Positions 8,750 through 19,962 are shown, counted from the first letter of the stretch. The stretch is 64,000 bases of DNA from Candidatus Latescibacterota bacterium (GCA_965205485.1 OZ242180.1:4768001-4832000); one strand, 5' to 3'. Program-made: numbers and translations. The notes: generated by a model not told the origin, from the letters alone.

Positions 8750-10504
8750 ATGTCCGATCAGTCATCTCACCACGCCATGGATCCCATCACTTTCGAAGTG
8801 ATGAAGAACGCGCTGCTCAACGCTACCGAAGAGATGGCGTATACCATACGCCGGACCGCTTACTCCACGAATATCAAGACCCGGGCGGATTTTTCGTGCG
8901 CCTTCTTCGATGCTTCATTCCGGGTTGTCGCGCAGTCCTTCTCGCAGCCGGCACATCTCTCGTCCCTGAAATCCGCCGTACCGATCGCGCTCCGGGAATT
9001 CGGCGCAGAGAATCTCGCGCCCGGCGACGGCCTCATCCTGAACGATCCGCATCGCGGAAGCAGCCATCTCAACGACATCGCCCTGATCGCACCGGTCGAC
9101 GCCGGAAAGACCAGGCTGGGTTACCTCGCCAACATGGCCCACCACGTGGACGTGGGGGGAAGCACGCCATGCAGCCTGGGCGTAAACCGTGAAATCTACC
9201 AGGAAGGCATCATCATACCACCCACGAAAATCGTGCGGCGCGGTGAAATCGACGAGAACGTACTGGGCCTCGTTCTGCAAAACGTGCGCGCGCCCCAGGA
9301 GACCGGAGGCGACCTGCGCGCACAGATGGGAGCAAACCTGGTTGGCGCGCGTCGCATCGCTGAACTGATCGACCGTTATGACGTCGCTCAGGTCGTGGCG
9401 TTTTTCGACGAACTGCTCGATTACACGGAACGGTGGGCGCGCCGCGAAATCGCGTCACTGCCGACGGGTGAGTATAAAGCCACCGGATACCGCGACGGCA
9501 ACGGACTCGACGACGAACCCGTCAGGATCGCCGTCACGGTCCGAATTCGCGAAGGAAACGCCACGCTTGACGTCACCGGATCCGCCCCGCAGCAGACCGG
9601 CCCGTTGAACGCCACCCGTGCGACGACCCTGGCGGCCATCGCGGTGGTCGTCAAAAGCCTGATCGATCCGCGCATCCTGGTCAACGACGGCCTCTACCGA
9701 TGCATGGAGGTGGCGGGACCCGATAATACTGTGCTCACCGCCACGTGGCCAGCCGCCGTGGTCGGCGCGTGGGAACTCGCGCAACTCACCGCCGAACTCA
9801 CCCTGACTGCCATGCACGAGGCATTGCCCGACAGAATTCCCGCCTGCGGAAAGGGCATTATCTGCAACCTGGGTTTTGCAGGCAACGATCCGCGAAAAAA
9901 AGCCTATTACTGCTACATGGAAACCGTTGGCGGCGGCAACGGCGCCCGGCCCATGAAAGACGGCCCCGACGCCATTCAGACGACCATCCACAACACCGAG
10001 AACGCCCCGATCGAAGAAGTGGAAATCAACTATCCCATCCGCTTCGCACATTACGGCCTGATCACCGACAGCGGCGGCGCGGGCCGGTTTCGGGGAGGCC
10101 TCGGCATCCGGAGGGACTTTGAGTTTCCCGACTGCGATACCACGTTCACCGTCCTCTCCGACGGCACCCGGTTTCCGCCCTGGGGGCTCGAGGGCGGCGG
10201 GGAGGGCCTGCCCGCGCGGTTCATCCGGGACCCCGAGGACAGTGCTGAAGCGTTGCCCTCAAAGTCCAGCATCACGGTTCCCAAAGGCGGCCGCGTGAGC
10301 GTGCAGACGCCGGGCGGCGGGGGGTTCGGCCGTCCGGACGGACGCGACCCCGAGGCCGTCGTGCGGGACGTGCGGGACAGGAAAATTTCACCACGCACAG
10401 CCCGGGAGACATACGGTGTGGTCTACGATTCAGCGAACTGGACCGTGGACCACGAGGAAACCGGGGTCCTGCGTCAGCGCATCCAGGAAAGTGAAACTCG
10501 ATGA
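8750..10504 (+). CDS. Hydantoinase B/oxoprolinase family protein
   Basis: DPITFEV...EEM...RTAYS..I....DFSCA, NDPHRGSSHLND, HHVDVGG, GGAGRFRGG and TPGGGGFG motifs. Confidence 0.93.
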   Translation: MSDQSSHHAMDPITFEVMKNALLNATEEMAYTIRRTAYSTNIKTRADFSCAFFDASFRVVAQSFSQPAHLSSLKSAVPIALREFGAENLAPGDGLILNDPHRGSSHLNDIALIAPVDAGKTRLGYLANMAHHVDVGGSTPCSLGVNREIYQEGIIIPPTKIVRRGEIDENVLGLVLQNVRAPQETGGDLRAQMGANLVGARRIAELIDRYDVAQVVAFFDELLDYTERWARREIASLPTGEYKATGYRDGNGLDDEPVRIAVTVRIREGNATLDVTGSAPQQTGPLNATRATTLAAIAVVVKSLIDPRILVNDGLYRCMEVAGPDNTVLTATWPAAVVGAWELAQLTAELTLTAMHEALPDRIPACGKGIICNLGFAGNDPRKKAYYCYMETVGGGNGARPMKDGPDAIQTTIHNTENAPIEEVEINYPIRFAHYGLITDSGGAGRFRGGLGIRRDFEFPDCDTTFTVLSDGTRFPPWGLEGGGEGLPARFIRDPEDSAEALPSKSSITVPKGGRVSVQTPGGGGFGRPDGRDPEAVVRDVRDRKISPRTARETYGVVYDSANWTVDHEETGVLRQRIQESETR

Positions 10505-12606
10505 GCGATCTATTCCGCATCGGAATCGACATTGGAGGCACGTTCACCGACGCCGTGGTGATGGACGAGAAATCCGGCGACTTCCATCCCGTCAAGGTCT
10601 CGTCCACTCCCGACGATCCCTCACGCGCATTTATGGAAGCGTATACCCGCGGCCTCTCCAACCGGGGCCTCACATCCGATCAGATCCGCTTTGTGGTCCA
10701 CGGCACCACGGTGGCGACCAACACGATCATCCAGCAAAAGGGCGCACGGATCGGCCTCATCGCCTCCGAAGGCTTCAGCGATCTCTTTGAAATCGCCTGG
10801 CAGATCCGCCCCAACCTCTACGACCTGAATTACGACAAGCCGCCTCCGCTCGTGCCGCGGCACCTCTGCATCGGCGTACCCGAACGCATCGACGCCCGGG
10901 GCGCGGTGCTTGTTCCTCTGGACGAAGCCGCCGTGGCCCGTGCCGCGCGTCAATTGGCGAAAGACCGGGTTGAAGCGATTCTCGTCTGCTTCCTGCACGC
11001 CTATCGGGACCCGACCCACGAACGGCGCGCCGCCGAGATCGTCATAGATGCATGTCCCGATCTTCCAGTCTGCATCTCATCCGACATCTGCCCCGAGTAC
11101 CGCGAATACACACGGGCCAGTACGACTGCAGTCAATGCCGCGCTGCTTCCCGCGGTGGGCGCCTACGTGGAACGGCTGGAGGACCGGCTCGGCAAGGTAA
11201 ACCCCGGCTCCGGCCTGTTCCTGATGACCTCCGGCGGCGGCATCATCGCCTCAGGCACGGCCAGACAGCAGCCCGTCCAACTCATCGAGTCAGGTCCGGC
11301 GGCCGGGGTCATCGCCGCAACGTACATCGGCCAGCTCGCCGGATTCAAAAACCTGATCGCGCTGGACATCGGGGGCACAACCGCGAAGGCCGCCCTCATC
11401 GAAAACGGAAGGCCGCGGCTGGCCGCCGAATTCGAAGTTGGCGACGCCGCCGTCGCAACCACCACCAGGGACAAAGGTCAGGGATATCCGGTAAAGACCC
11501 CAGTCATCGATCTGGTCGAAATCGGTTCCGGCGGCGGCAGCATCGGCCACGTCGATCCGGGCGGCGCGCTTGCCGTCGGGCCGCAATCCGCCGGCGCGGC
11601 GCCCGGACCCGCCTGTTACGGCCAAGGGGGTTCGGAACCCACGCTGACGGACGCAAACCTCGTTCTGGGCCGACTCAATCCCGATTATTTCCTTGGCGGC
11701 GAACTTCGTCTTGACGTATCTCTCGCGAGGCAGGCGATCGAACGGCGTATCGCCGGGCCGCTGAACATGAGTACTGAAGACGCCGCCTCGGGGTTGATTG
11801 AAATCGCCAACGCCAATATGACGGGCATCCTTCAGCTCGTTTCCGTCCAGAAGGGCGTGGACCCCCGCGCGTTCGTGCTCGTCGCTTTCGGCGGCGCCGG
11901 CCCCCTCCATGCCGCCGCGCTCGCAAAGGCGCTGCATATCGGCACCGTCCTCGTGCCGCCAAGCCCCGGCGTGACCACCGCGCTGGGTCTGCTCGTTACC
12001 GATCTGCGCCACGACTACGTCCGGACCTACATTTCAGCGACGGATGAACTGAATGTGGCCGTCCTTTCAGACATCTACAGCGAATTCGAAGCGCATGCGA
12101 CCCGCCTGCTGTTGAGCGAGGGCGTCTCCCGTTCCAACATCCGGTTCATCCGGGAGGCGGACATGCGATACACGGGCCAGTCCTACGAACTTCGAGTGCC
12201 GGTCGGCCGACTGTCGGATGACCTCCCTCGAGAATTGAACGCCGCTTTCTTCACGGTGCACCGGCGCCAGTACGGGTTCGCGACTCAGGATGAGCCCACG
12301 GAGGTTGTCAATGTCCGTCTCTCCGCCGTCGGCGCCGTCCCCCGCCCCAGCCGGCGGCAGGTTCCCGAAGGTGGACCCTCCGCCCGGAACGCCCTGAAGG
12401 CGGAACGCGACGTCCGAATGCCGGGCTCCGGGGGATTGGAGACCACGGCGATCTACGACAGGTATCGCCTGGAGGCGAACAACCGCTTCCCGGGCCCCGC
12501 CATCGTCGAGGAAATCGACTCTACAACGCTTGTTCCCCCCGGGTGTACGGTCAACGTCGACGACTACGGCAATCTCGTGATCGACGTCGGCCGAGCAGAG
12601 TCGTAA
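10501..12606 (+). CDS. Hydantoinase A/oxoprolinase family protein
   Basis: GIDIGGTFTD, HGTTVATN, ESGPAAG, DIGGTT, GPQSAGAAPGPACYG and AFGGAGPLH motifs. ATGA overlap with the B subunit gene. Confidence 0.93.
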   Translation: MSDLFRIGIDIGGTFTDAVVMDEKSGDFHPVKVSSTPDDPSRAFMEAYTRGLSNRGLTSDQIRFVVHGTTVATNTIIQQKGARIGLIASEGFSDLFEIAWQIRPNLYDLNYDKPPPLVPRHLCIGVPERIDARGAVLVPLDEAAVARAARQLAKDRVEAILVCFLHAYRDPTHERRAAEIVIDACPDLPVCISSDICPEYREYTRASTTAVNAALLPAVGAYVERLEDRLGKVNPGSGLFLMTSGGGIIASGTARQQPVQLIESGPAAGVIAATYIGQLAGFKNLIALDIGGTTAKAALIENGRPRLAAEFEVGDAAVATTTRDKGQGYPVKTPVIDLVEIGSGGGSIGHVDPGGALAVGPQSAGAAPGPACYGQGGSEPTLTDANLVLGRLNPDYFLGGELRLDVSLARQAIERRIAGPLNMSTEDAASGLIEIANANMTGILQLVSVQKGVDPRAFVLVAFGGAGPLHAAALAKALHIGTVLVPPSPGVTTALGLLVTDLRHDYVRTYISATDELNVAVLSDIYSEFEAHATRLLLSEGVSRSNIRFIREADMRYTGQSYELRVPVGRLSDDLPRELNAAFFTVHRRQYGFATQDEPTEVVNVRLSAVGAVPRPSRRQVPEGGPSARNALKAERDVRMPGSGGLETTAIYDRYRLEANNRFPGPAIVEEIDSTTLVPPGCTVNVDDYGNLVIDVGRAES

Positions 12607-12607
12607 A

Positions 12608-14236
12608 ATGGACCCTACCCTGGCAACATCGGGCATTACGTGGCAGCTCGTGGTTTTCTGCGGGCTTTCTCTTTCGGTGGGATGGGGCATCCGCGGCAAC
12701 TTCGGCCACGAATACGGCGCGGCCATTCCCGGTGCACTGGCGGCAATCGCCGCAGTGCTGGTTTCAGGGCGTCCCGACTGGCTGGCTCACGTTCACTACT
12801 TCGCCATGTTCGGCGCGCTCGGCTGGTCCTTCGGCGGCAGTATGTCATACATGGGCGTGGTCGGGTACACGCACTCCGGTCACCCGCCCTCTGTGCTTTA
12901 CGGATTTGCCAACCTGTTCGTCATTGGATTTCTATGGGCGTTTATGGGCGGCGCCGGAACCGCGCTGCCTGCTTTTCTCACCGGAGACCGGCTTGCGCTT
13001 TTCTTTGTGCCGTTGGCCGCAATCTTCTCGGGATGGGCGATTCAGTCTGTACTGGTCGACCTGTTATTCTCCGGTAAAGGAGCGTCCGGCAGACCCAGCC
13101 TCTCCTGGTACGATACCGACTGGCTGGCGACCCTGGTGGCGATGGCCGCCGGGTTGATCGTCGCAGCCGTTCGCGGAGGCTTCGATATCGCCACGGCCCT
13201 CGTGCTTCACCTTGCAGTGGGGTGGTACGTATCCTTTCTGCTGCTCGTCGTCGGCTTCAAGCTCCGGATGACGCCGCCGCGGGGCGATAACTGGGCCGGT
13301 TGCGTCGGGCTCGCTGCCGGTCTGCTGATCTTCTGCTGGCGTTACGACCTGGACGGTCTTGCGCTTGCCTCGCTGATCTCGGGGTTCATCGGAGGTGTCG
13401 GCTTCAGCCTGGGTCAGTTCCTGAAACTGCTGAATATCCGTACCGGATTGCAGACGAACTGGCACAGCGTCATGGAGCAGACCCAGGGTTTATTCCACGG
13501 GATCGCAGTCGCTGTTACCATGGGTCTGCTCTCGGTTATTGCTCCCCAGAATTCCAATGCGTTACCCATGCCGGCGTGGACGGGAACGTTCGCAACGGGT
13601 TTCGTTCTGATCGGCCTGACGTACCTGAACCACCGAAAGGCATCGCGAAACTGGGTAGAAAATGTCGCCTGCCTGCCGGAGAGACCCTACGGACTACCAG
13701 TAGCGGGCTGGTTTGTGCGGTCCAGGGGCTGGATCGGGTGGCTTGAACTGATTTACATCGCCATCGGCATCGCCGTCTTCTGGTTGATGCAGATACACCG
13801 CTCGCAGCCCCTTGCGTTCATACCGGAAACCTGGCTGGGCAAGGGCCAGCTTCTTTACCTGGTCTTTCTGTGGTGGGTCGTCAATTTCAATTTCGCCCTG
13901 AAGATCGTCGAATTCAGCCCCCGGCGCCTGGTAACCGAGGGTCTGATTACGTTCAACGCCATCGTCTGCACCGTCCTGGCCGCTTCCATAGCGCTCGCCG
14001 ACCCCGGATACGGTCCCACCATGCCGCTGGCGGACGCCAATTCCGGTTGGATCCGGGACACGATCCTCATCGGCCTGGCCGCAGCGACCGCCTTCACTTT
14101 GTGCCATTGGGGGCTTACCCACGCCCTGTTCGGCCGACGCCATATCCCGTTCGCCTTCCGTCACATCCGCTTTGGACCCGACGCCACGACCGGGGAGGAA
14201 GTGACGGAGTCGGGAAAGCCCTGGAAGTCAGGGTAG
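12608..14236 (+). CDS. Polytopic membrane protein of unknown function
   Basis: 542-aa ORF with many TM segments and Gly-rich motifs (GWGIRGNFGHEYGA, GGSMSY). Starts 1 nt after the hydantoinase A stop. Confidence 0.75.
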   Translation: MDPTLATSGITWQLVVFCGLSLSVGWGIRGNFGHEYGAAIPGALAAIAAVLVSGRPDWLAHVHYFAMFGALGWSFGGSMSYMGVVGYTHSGHPPSVLYGFANLFVIGFLWAFMGGAGTALPAFLTGDRLALFFVPLAAIFSGWAIQSVLVDLLFSGKGASGRPSLSWYDTDWLATLVAMAAGLIVAAVRGGFDIATALVLHLAVGWYVSFLLLVVGFKLRMTPPRGDNWAGCVGLAAGLLIFCWRYDLDGLALASLISGFIGGVGFSLGQFLKLLNIRTGLQTNWHSVMEQTQGLFHGIAVAVTMGLLSVIAPQNSNALPMPAWTGTFATGFVLIGLTYLNHRKASRNWVENVACLPERPYGLPVAGWFVRSRGWIGWLELIYIAIGIAVFWLMQIHRSQPLAFIPETWLGKGQLLYLVFLWWVVNFNFALKIVEFSPRRLVTEGLITFNAIVCTVLAASIALADPGYGPTMPLADANSGWIRDTILIGLAAATAFTLCHWGLTHALFGRRHIPFAFRHIRFGPDATTGEEVTESGKPWKSG

Positions 14237-14351
14237 CATACCGAGCGTCAGCAAGGCAGCCTGGCCCAACAAATGTGGCGGACGTCCCGGCCCGTCGACG
14301 CCGAACCCTCCTGACCTTTCCGATATCGTCTCTGCACAGGAGACCGTTACC

Positions 14352-16704
14352 GTGAGAATTGCCGTCACAGAGAGCGTCTATTCGAACGACAGCTACGAAC
14401 CCAACCTGTGTACCCTCCAGGACGGCAAAACCTGCTGGACGGCCTGGGCGGCCTACGGCGCGGCGGGGTCGAGAACGTTTGTGCGGAAATTCGCAGGAGA
14501 AACCGCCGGTCCCATCCATCCGCTGTCCCCCAACAACGCCATGCAGACGCGTCCGATCTGCATCCCGAATGGCGACGAGGCAGTGTTTGTCTGGCTGGAA
14601 AAGATCGGCCGCCAATACGCATTCTGGACCCGCGGAAATGACGGGAACGGATTCACTTCCTGCCGGGAGCGCCACGTCCTTCCTGCTTCGGCGAAGGTCT
14701 GGGAGCCGCAGGCCCTCCTCGATGATAGCGGCGTGCTCTGGATCTGCTGGGCCCAGTCCGAAAAGGGAGAGAGCCGCATCCGGATCCTGAGAACCCTTCC
14801 TGATGGCATGACCTCGTCCTGGTCGGTCGGAGACGGGAGTCGATACAATTATCGTCCCAGGATGGTCGAATGGGGATCGGAAGGCGTCTATATTGTCTGG
14901 GACAGCTACGTCGATCGCACCTACGACGTTCTACGGCTGCGCCGTCGGTCCGGACGGCCCCCGGAAGACGGTCAGAGTCAGTTGCGACGAGGGATGGGAA
15001 AACAGGGCCAGCCTCTGCAGGGACGCGGGCGGAGCGCTCTGGGCGGTGTGGGTACACGGCGTGGACGTTATGTACCGGCGCAGCACGCTCCAGCAGATGT
15101 ACTCGCTGCGGGGCGCCCGGCTGGAAGGCCGGGAGTGGGTACCCCTGACGGGCCCTGACGGCGCGGCGGAAATTGCGCCGCTACACTACGGGCTCTTGAC
15201 GGAATTCCCCAAACCGCCCAATCTGGGACACATGGGAAGGCGGCTCTTCCCCGTCCTCAAGGCCGCGGAATCGGGCGGCGTCTGGCTCTTTTACGAGGTC
15301 AAGATGGACAGCGAGCAGGGCACGCTCACCTCCAGGGGTCGCCTCTTCGGCCACCACTGCAGGAACGGCGACTGGTCGGAACCCCTCTGCGTGGCGGAAG
15401 GGAACGTCTTCTATGAGCTTCCCCACAACGGCACGGTCGGCACCCGGGTGCACCTGATGTCCCAAGACATGATAACGGATGAACGATACCTGGAAAGCGC
15501 GCGCCTCGCCGCCGACCTCCCAGCCGTACCCGATGAAAACCGCCGAATCGACCTGACCGAATGGAACGAAGTCCGGCTGCCGTTCGAGAAACGGCGGCAC
15601 ACGACCCGGCCGCGCAATGAACTGCCCGGCGCGGAACGCGGAAAGTACCAACTCTTCTGGGTGGACCTGCACTGCCACTCGGCGGCATCCATCGAAGTGG
15701 AGGGCGAGCCGGATGAGTTGGGTCACTACGCCCGTGACAAGGCGCAGATCGACGGGCTGACCGTCTCCGACAACGACAGTTTCTGGAATCTGCCCACGCG
15801 CAGGAACGTGCGGCACCTGAAGGACTATGAGTGGGACTACGTAAAAGGCAACGCCATGGTCCTGAATGAACCCGGGCGGTTCGCCATGTTTCCGGGCTAC
15901 GAGATGACCATCACCGACCGGGTGGACTCCGGGCGGGACCACCGGTCCGTGATGTCGGACGATGACGAAATGGAAATGGACCTGCTCCACTTCAAATACA
16001 AGGAAGCCCACACGAAGGGCGAGCGGCATACCCACAAGGACACCCGGGAGTGCCTGGACTGGTTCAAGGAAAGGGGCTACCTGCCGCTCCCCCATCCCCA
16101 CAACGGAAAGTGGAACCTCTACGACACCGACGTCGAGTGGGGTGTCGACGTATGCGCCGGCTGGATGATTAACATCGACCTGTACGACGTCTATTTCAAA
16201 TACCTGAACGCGGGTCAGAAATTCGCCTTCACCGGCAGCGGCGACAGCCACCACCGCAACCCGGGCCTGAGCGGTGCGCTCACGGGCATCTGGGCCGACC
16301 GGCTGGACCGCGCCGCCTTCCTCGATGCGATCCGTGCCAGGCGCTGTTATGCAACGGCCGGCCAGAAGATCCTGATCGAATTCACGATCAACGATCGGAT
16401 GATGGGCAGTTCGGTTGTCGTCGTGGACGATCCGGTGCTGAAGTGGAGGGTCGTGGGTGAGGAGGATCGGGAGTACAACCTGCGCATCCACCGGGACGGG
16501 CGTCTTATGTACGACGAAAGGTTCACCGGGCGGACCCGGGGAGAGCGAAAGGAATTCCAGTTGCGCCGGTACCGCCCCGGAAAGCACTACTACCATCTCG
16601 AGGTCCTGTCACCCGACCCCATCCCCCAATATCCGGCCAACGTCGCTCACGCCATGGGCGCAAAGGGGTGGAGCACGCCTATCTGGGTGGAGACGTCAGA
16701 TTGA
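14352..16704 (+). pseudogene. PHP-fold (DUF3604/CehA-McbA-like) metallohydrolase with N-terminal beta-rich region, split by a +1 frameshift near 14930
   Basis: ORFs 14352..15158 and 14893..16704 join into one 783-aa frame if one T is removed from GACGTTCTAC (DRTYDV-YGCAV). PHP motifs DLHCHS, SDND and GSGDSHH. May be an assembly error rather than a true pseudogene. Confidence 0.7.
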
Positions 16705-16726
16705 CCGTCGTCGCGACCACGCCGGG

Positions 16727-16758
16727 AAAAAAAAGGACGGCCTTGACCGGCCGCCCTT
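16727..16758 (-). terminator. Intrinsic terminator between convergent genes
   Basis: Stem AAGGACGGCC / GGCCGCCCTT with an A8 run on the + strand (U-tract on the minus strand) just after the Nramp-like gene. Confidence 0.55.
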
Positions 16759-16785
16759 GAGGAATTTTTCGACTGTTGAAAGTAC

Positions 16786-18130
16786 TCAACGCGTCCAGTT
16801 CAAATATAGATTGACCGCGGTAAAGTTGACGATCGCCCAGACCGTCAAGAGCAATGCAAGTTCCGTCCAGACGGACATTCTTTCCTCGTCCGCGGCGCGC
16901 ATCGCCAGGTGGACCACGCCGTAGGCCATTGGAATCAACAGCAGGTTGTTGGCGTTTGCCCCGATCAGCACCAGCGCAAGCGGGGTATCGGGGGTTGCAA
17001 TGGTCACGCAGAGCCACAGGAACGGGAAGGCGATCTGCAGCGACCGCAGCAGCCGAAGACGCACCGCTTCGTTATCCAGACCGGCGACGCCCGTCTGCCT
17101 GAGAAAATCGACGCTGATGCGCCCGGAACTGGCCGTGAACACCAGCAGCGTGGAAAACAGCGTGCAGAAAGCGCCGAACATGAACACGTTCTTTGTCCAT
17201 GGTCCGATGCTCTGCGTAAAGATCAATGAAACCTGTTCCACGACCTCCATGCCCTGCGGGACCACGTTCAGCTTCTTCAGAATCGAGGCGCCCAGCAGAT
17301 AGTAGGCGCAGGTAATCACCAGTGCGATCCCGGTGCACACCAGCGCATCGGTTTTCAGCACACGCATCCAGCCCCGATATCGCGCGCGCCACTCCGGCGT
17401 ATCCTCCCTCGGCCCCACAAAATCCGCATACCCTTTCTCCCGCACCCAGTAGGGATACATGAACAACTCCACCGCCGTCGCGCCTACGGACCCCATCACG
17501 GCCATGGCGACGAACGCCCCGTCCGCAGGCAAGCGCGAAGCGAAATCCCGAAAGCACCTCGGCGCCTCCCACGGCGTATGGCGTGGCCTGCATCGCGATC
17601 ACGGATCCGATGACGACCAGGCTGAAGCCCGCGACCAGAATCGTGATCATCCGCTCCAGGTCGGCGTACAGGCCCCGGTACAGCAGAATCGAGATTGCCG
17701 CGAAAACCAGAATGGCCCAGACATTGTACGGGACTCCGGGAAGGAGGGTCACCATCAGTCCAGCCACCGACCCCAGTATGCCGATGACGGCAATCATAAC
17801 GGAGAAATAACCCAGCACGCACAGCCATGCCGCCCAGGAAGTCTTCGCCAGACGCATCCCCGGCACGCGGTCCAGCACCTGAATCGTCGTACTGTTGTGG
17901 AGGATGCACTGGCGCCCGAGTTCCAGCTGGATGAAGAACTTGACCAGACAGGCCAGGATCACCCCCCAGAGGAAGACGAAGCCCACCTCCGCCCCCATGC
18001 GCGTGGTCACCAGCAGCTCGCCGGACCCGACCACCGAACCCGACACGACCACGCCCGGCCCGATATTCCGCAGCAAGCCTCCGACGCCCCGCGGCGCCTC
18101 TCGAACCGGCCGTCTGGCTTCACTTTTCAT
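16786..18130 (-). pseudogene. Nramp-like (APC superfamily) transporter, split by a +1 frameshift near 17531
   Basis: IGPGVVVSGSVVGSGELL N-terminal motif and YPYWVREKGY. ORFs 17072..18130 and 16786..17532 fuse into 447 aa on removing one base (GCG-CTTG-CCT to GCG-CTG-CCT). Possibly a sequencing error. Confidence 0.75.
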
Positions 18131-18176
18131 AGACTCTTCCCGTCAGGTTTTTGACATCGCACGGTTGGCGACGGGC

Positions 18177-18280
18177 GGGCGCCCACAAGGGGCGCCCCTA
18201 CAAAACCAATCATCCACGAGTTGAATTCTCCGGGTTCCGCACCGACGTTGCATTTGTAGGGGCAACCCTTGTGGTTGCCC
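18177..18280. repeat. GTAG-family REP doublet (two inverted REPs)
   Basis: 18177-18202 is the reverse complement of TGTAGGGGCGCCCCTTGTGGGCGCCC, and 18255-18280 is TGTAGGGGCAACCCTTGTGGTTGCCC. Each has a GTAG foot plus a palindrome, with compensatory stem changes between them. Confidence 0.85.
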
Positions 18281-18320
18281 ACGCGGCGGCGCGGATATCG
18301 ACGATTCCCGGTGATCGTCC

Positions 18321-19655
18321 CTAATACACCGGCAGATAACGCTCGCGTTCCCACTGGTCGACGTGCAGATGGTACTCCGCCCACTCTTCGCGTTTGACCT
18401 GCACGTAATAGTCCGCATATTCCGTCCCGAGCGCCTCCCGGAGTACGTCGTCGGACGCCAGGTGATCGGCCGCCTCGGCCAGGGTACCCGGGAGCAGGTC
18501 GATGCCCCGCGCTCTCAATTCGCTTTCGGGCACCTCATAGAGATTGCCCTCGTTGCGTTCGCCCGGCTCCATGCGGTTTTCGATGCCGTCCAGCCCGGCC
18601 GCCAGCATGGCCGCGGTCGTCAGGTACGGATTCGCCGCCCCGTCGATCGCCCGGTTCTCGATCCGCCCCGCGTCCGGGATTCGGATCATCTGCGTCCGGT
18701 TCGATCCGCCGTAGGTGATGCAGATCGGCGCCCAGGACGCACCCGATCGGGGAGCGCCCCTCGTGAGGCGTTTGTAGCTGTTCACCAGCGGCGCGGACAC
18801 GGCGGAAATCGCCTTCGCGTGGTTGAGGATGCCCGCCATGAACCAGTAAGCCTCCTTCGACAGACCGTTTTCATCGCCGTCGTCGAGGAACAGGTTGGTC
18901 CTGTTCTCCGGGTCCCACAGGCTCATGTGATAGTGCGCTCCGCTTCCCGTGAGATGTGAAAACGGCTTCGGCATGAAGGTCGCGTGGTATCCGAGCCGCT
19001 CCGCGTTCACCTTCACCATCCATCGGAAGAACGTCTGCCGGTCGGCGGTCGTCAGGGCATCGGAAAAGGTCCAGTTGATCTCGAACTGGCAATTGGCATC
19101 TTCGTGGTCGTTTGCATAGGGTTCCCATCCCAATTCCTGCATATACCCGATGAGCGTGGTCATCACGTCCAGGTTGCGATGCAGGGTGACGAGATCGTAA
19201 CAGGGCTTCTCCAGCGTATCCATCGGATCGGCCAGCGCATAGTTCCCCTGGTCGTCTTTCTTCAGGAGAATGAACTCGGCTTCCACGCCCAGGTTCAGGC
19301 GATATCCCTTCGCCTCCGCCTTCGCGAGCTGCCGCTGCAGGATCGTCCGCGGACAATATCCGAAAGGCTCCCCCTCGACCTGGATGTTGCCCGCCACCCA
19401 CGCCGTATTCTTGCGCCACGGCAATACGGTCATCGAGTTGAAGTCCGGTATGTTCATCATATCGGAATCGTGCGGACCCTGCCCCATATTGCCCGCTGCG
19501 AAACCTGCGAAGCCCGCGCCTTCCGAGGCCATGTCGTCGAGGTGGGTCACAGGCACCACCTTGGCCTTGGGCATCCCGCTCATCTCCACAAACGAACACA
19601 GAAAGAAGTCGATTCCATTCGCGGCTACGAATTCTTTAACCTGGTCCAGCGTCAT
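18321..19655 (-). CDS. gmaS: GlnT-type glutamine synthetase family protein, probably gamma-glutamylmethylamide synthetase
   Basis: PKAKVVP...GAGFAGFA, NDHEDANCQFEIN, TFMPKPF..LTGSGAH and SGASWAP...YGGSNRTQMIR. Context with tdm, mgsC-like, amt and fhs. Confidence 0.8.
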   Translation of the reverse strand: MTLDQVKEFVAANGIDFFLCSFVEMSGMPKAKVVPVTHLDDMASEGAGFAGFAAGNMGQGPHDSDMMNIPDFNSMTVLPWRKNTAWVAGNIQVEGEPFGYCPRTILQRQLAKAEAKGYRLNLGVEAEFILLKKDDQGNYALADPMDTLEKPCYDLVTLHRNLDVMTTLIGYMQELGWEPYANDHEDANCQFEINWTFSDALTTADRQTFFRWMVKVNAERLGYHATFMPKPFSHLTGSGAHYHMSLWDPENRTNLFLDDGDENGLSKEAYWFMAGILNHAKAISAVSAPLVNSYKRLTRGAPRSGASWAPICITYGGSNRTQMIRIPDAGRIENRAIDGAANPYLTTAAMLAAGLDGIENRMEPGERNEGNLYEVPESELRARGIDLLPGTLAEAADHLASDDVLREALGTEYADYYVQVKREEWAEYHLHVDQWERERYLPVY

Positions 19656-19681
19656 CGTCAGTTCTCCCCACGAAATCTACG

Positions 19682-19912
19682 TTAGGATTTCCTGCCCTCA
19701 CGTTCAATCGCCGATACGAGCGAACCTGCCTCGGCCAACCGATCCGACTCGTCCGCATAAGTTGCATTCTCGTGTTTGATCTGCCAGATCGTGTACGCAA
19801 TCCACAGGACAACACAAACCACAAAGAGAGGAACCTCGTACCCGACGAAGGGATACATCGGTCCCACGTCGGCCGGATTCCCCGCCCACGTTTTAACCAA
19901 ACCCGTTCTCAT
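19682..19912 (-). CDS. Small single-TM membrane protein (76 aa)
   Basis: AGGAGG RBS before ATG 19912. W.G.P.DVGPMYPFVG.E followed by one TM helix and WQIKHE. Confidence 0.7.
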   Translation of the reverse strand: MRTGLVKTWAGNPADVGPMYPFVGYEVPLFVVCVVLWIAYTIWQIKHENATYADESDRLAEAGSLVSAIEREGRKS

Positions 19913-19962
19913 CTGCGTCCTCCTTTGAAGCAACTCAGAAACTGCAAACGTGGATGTATAAC

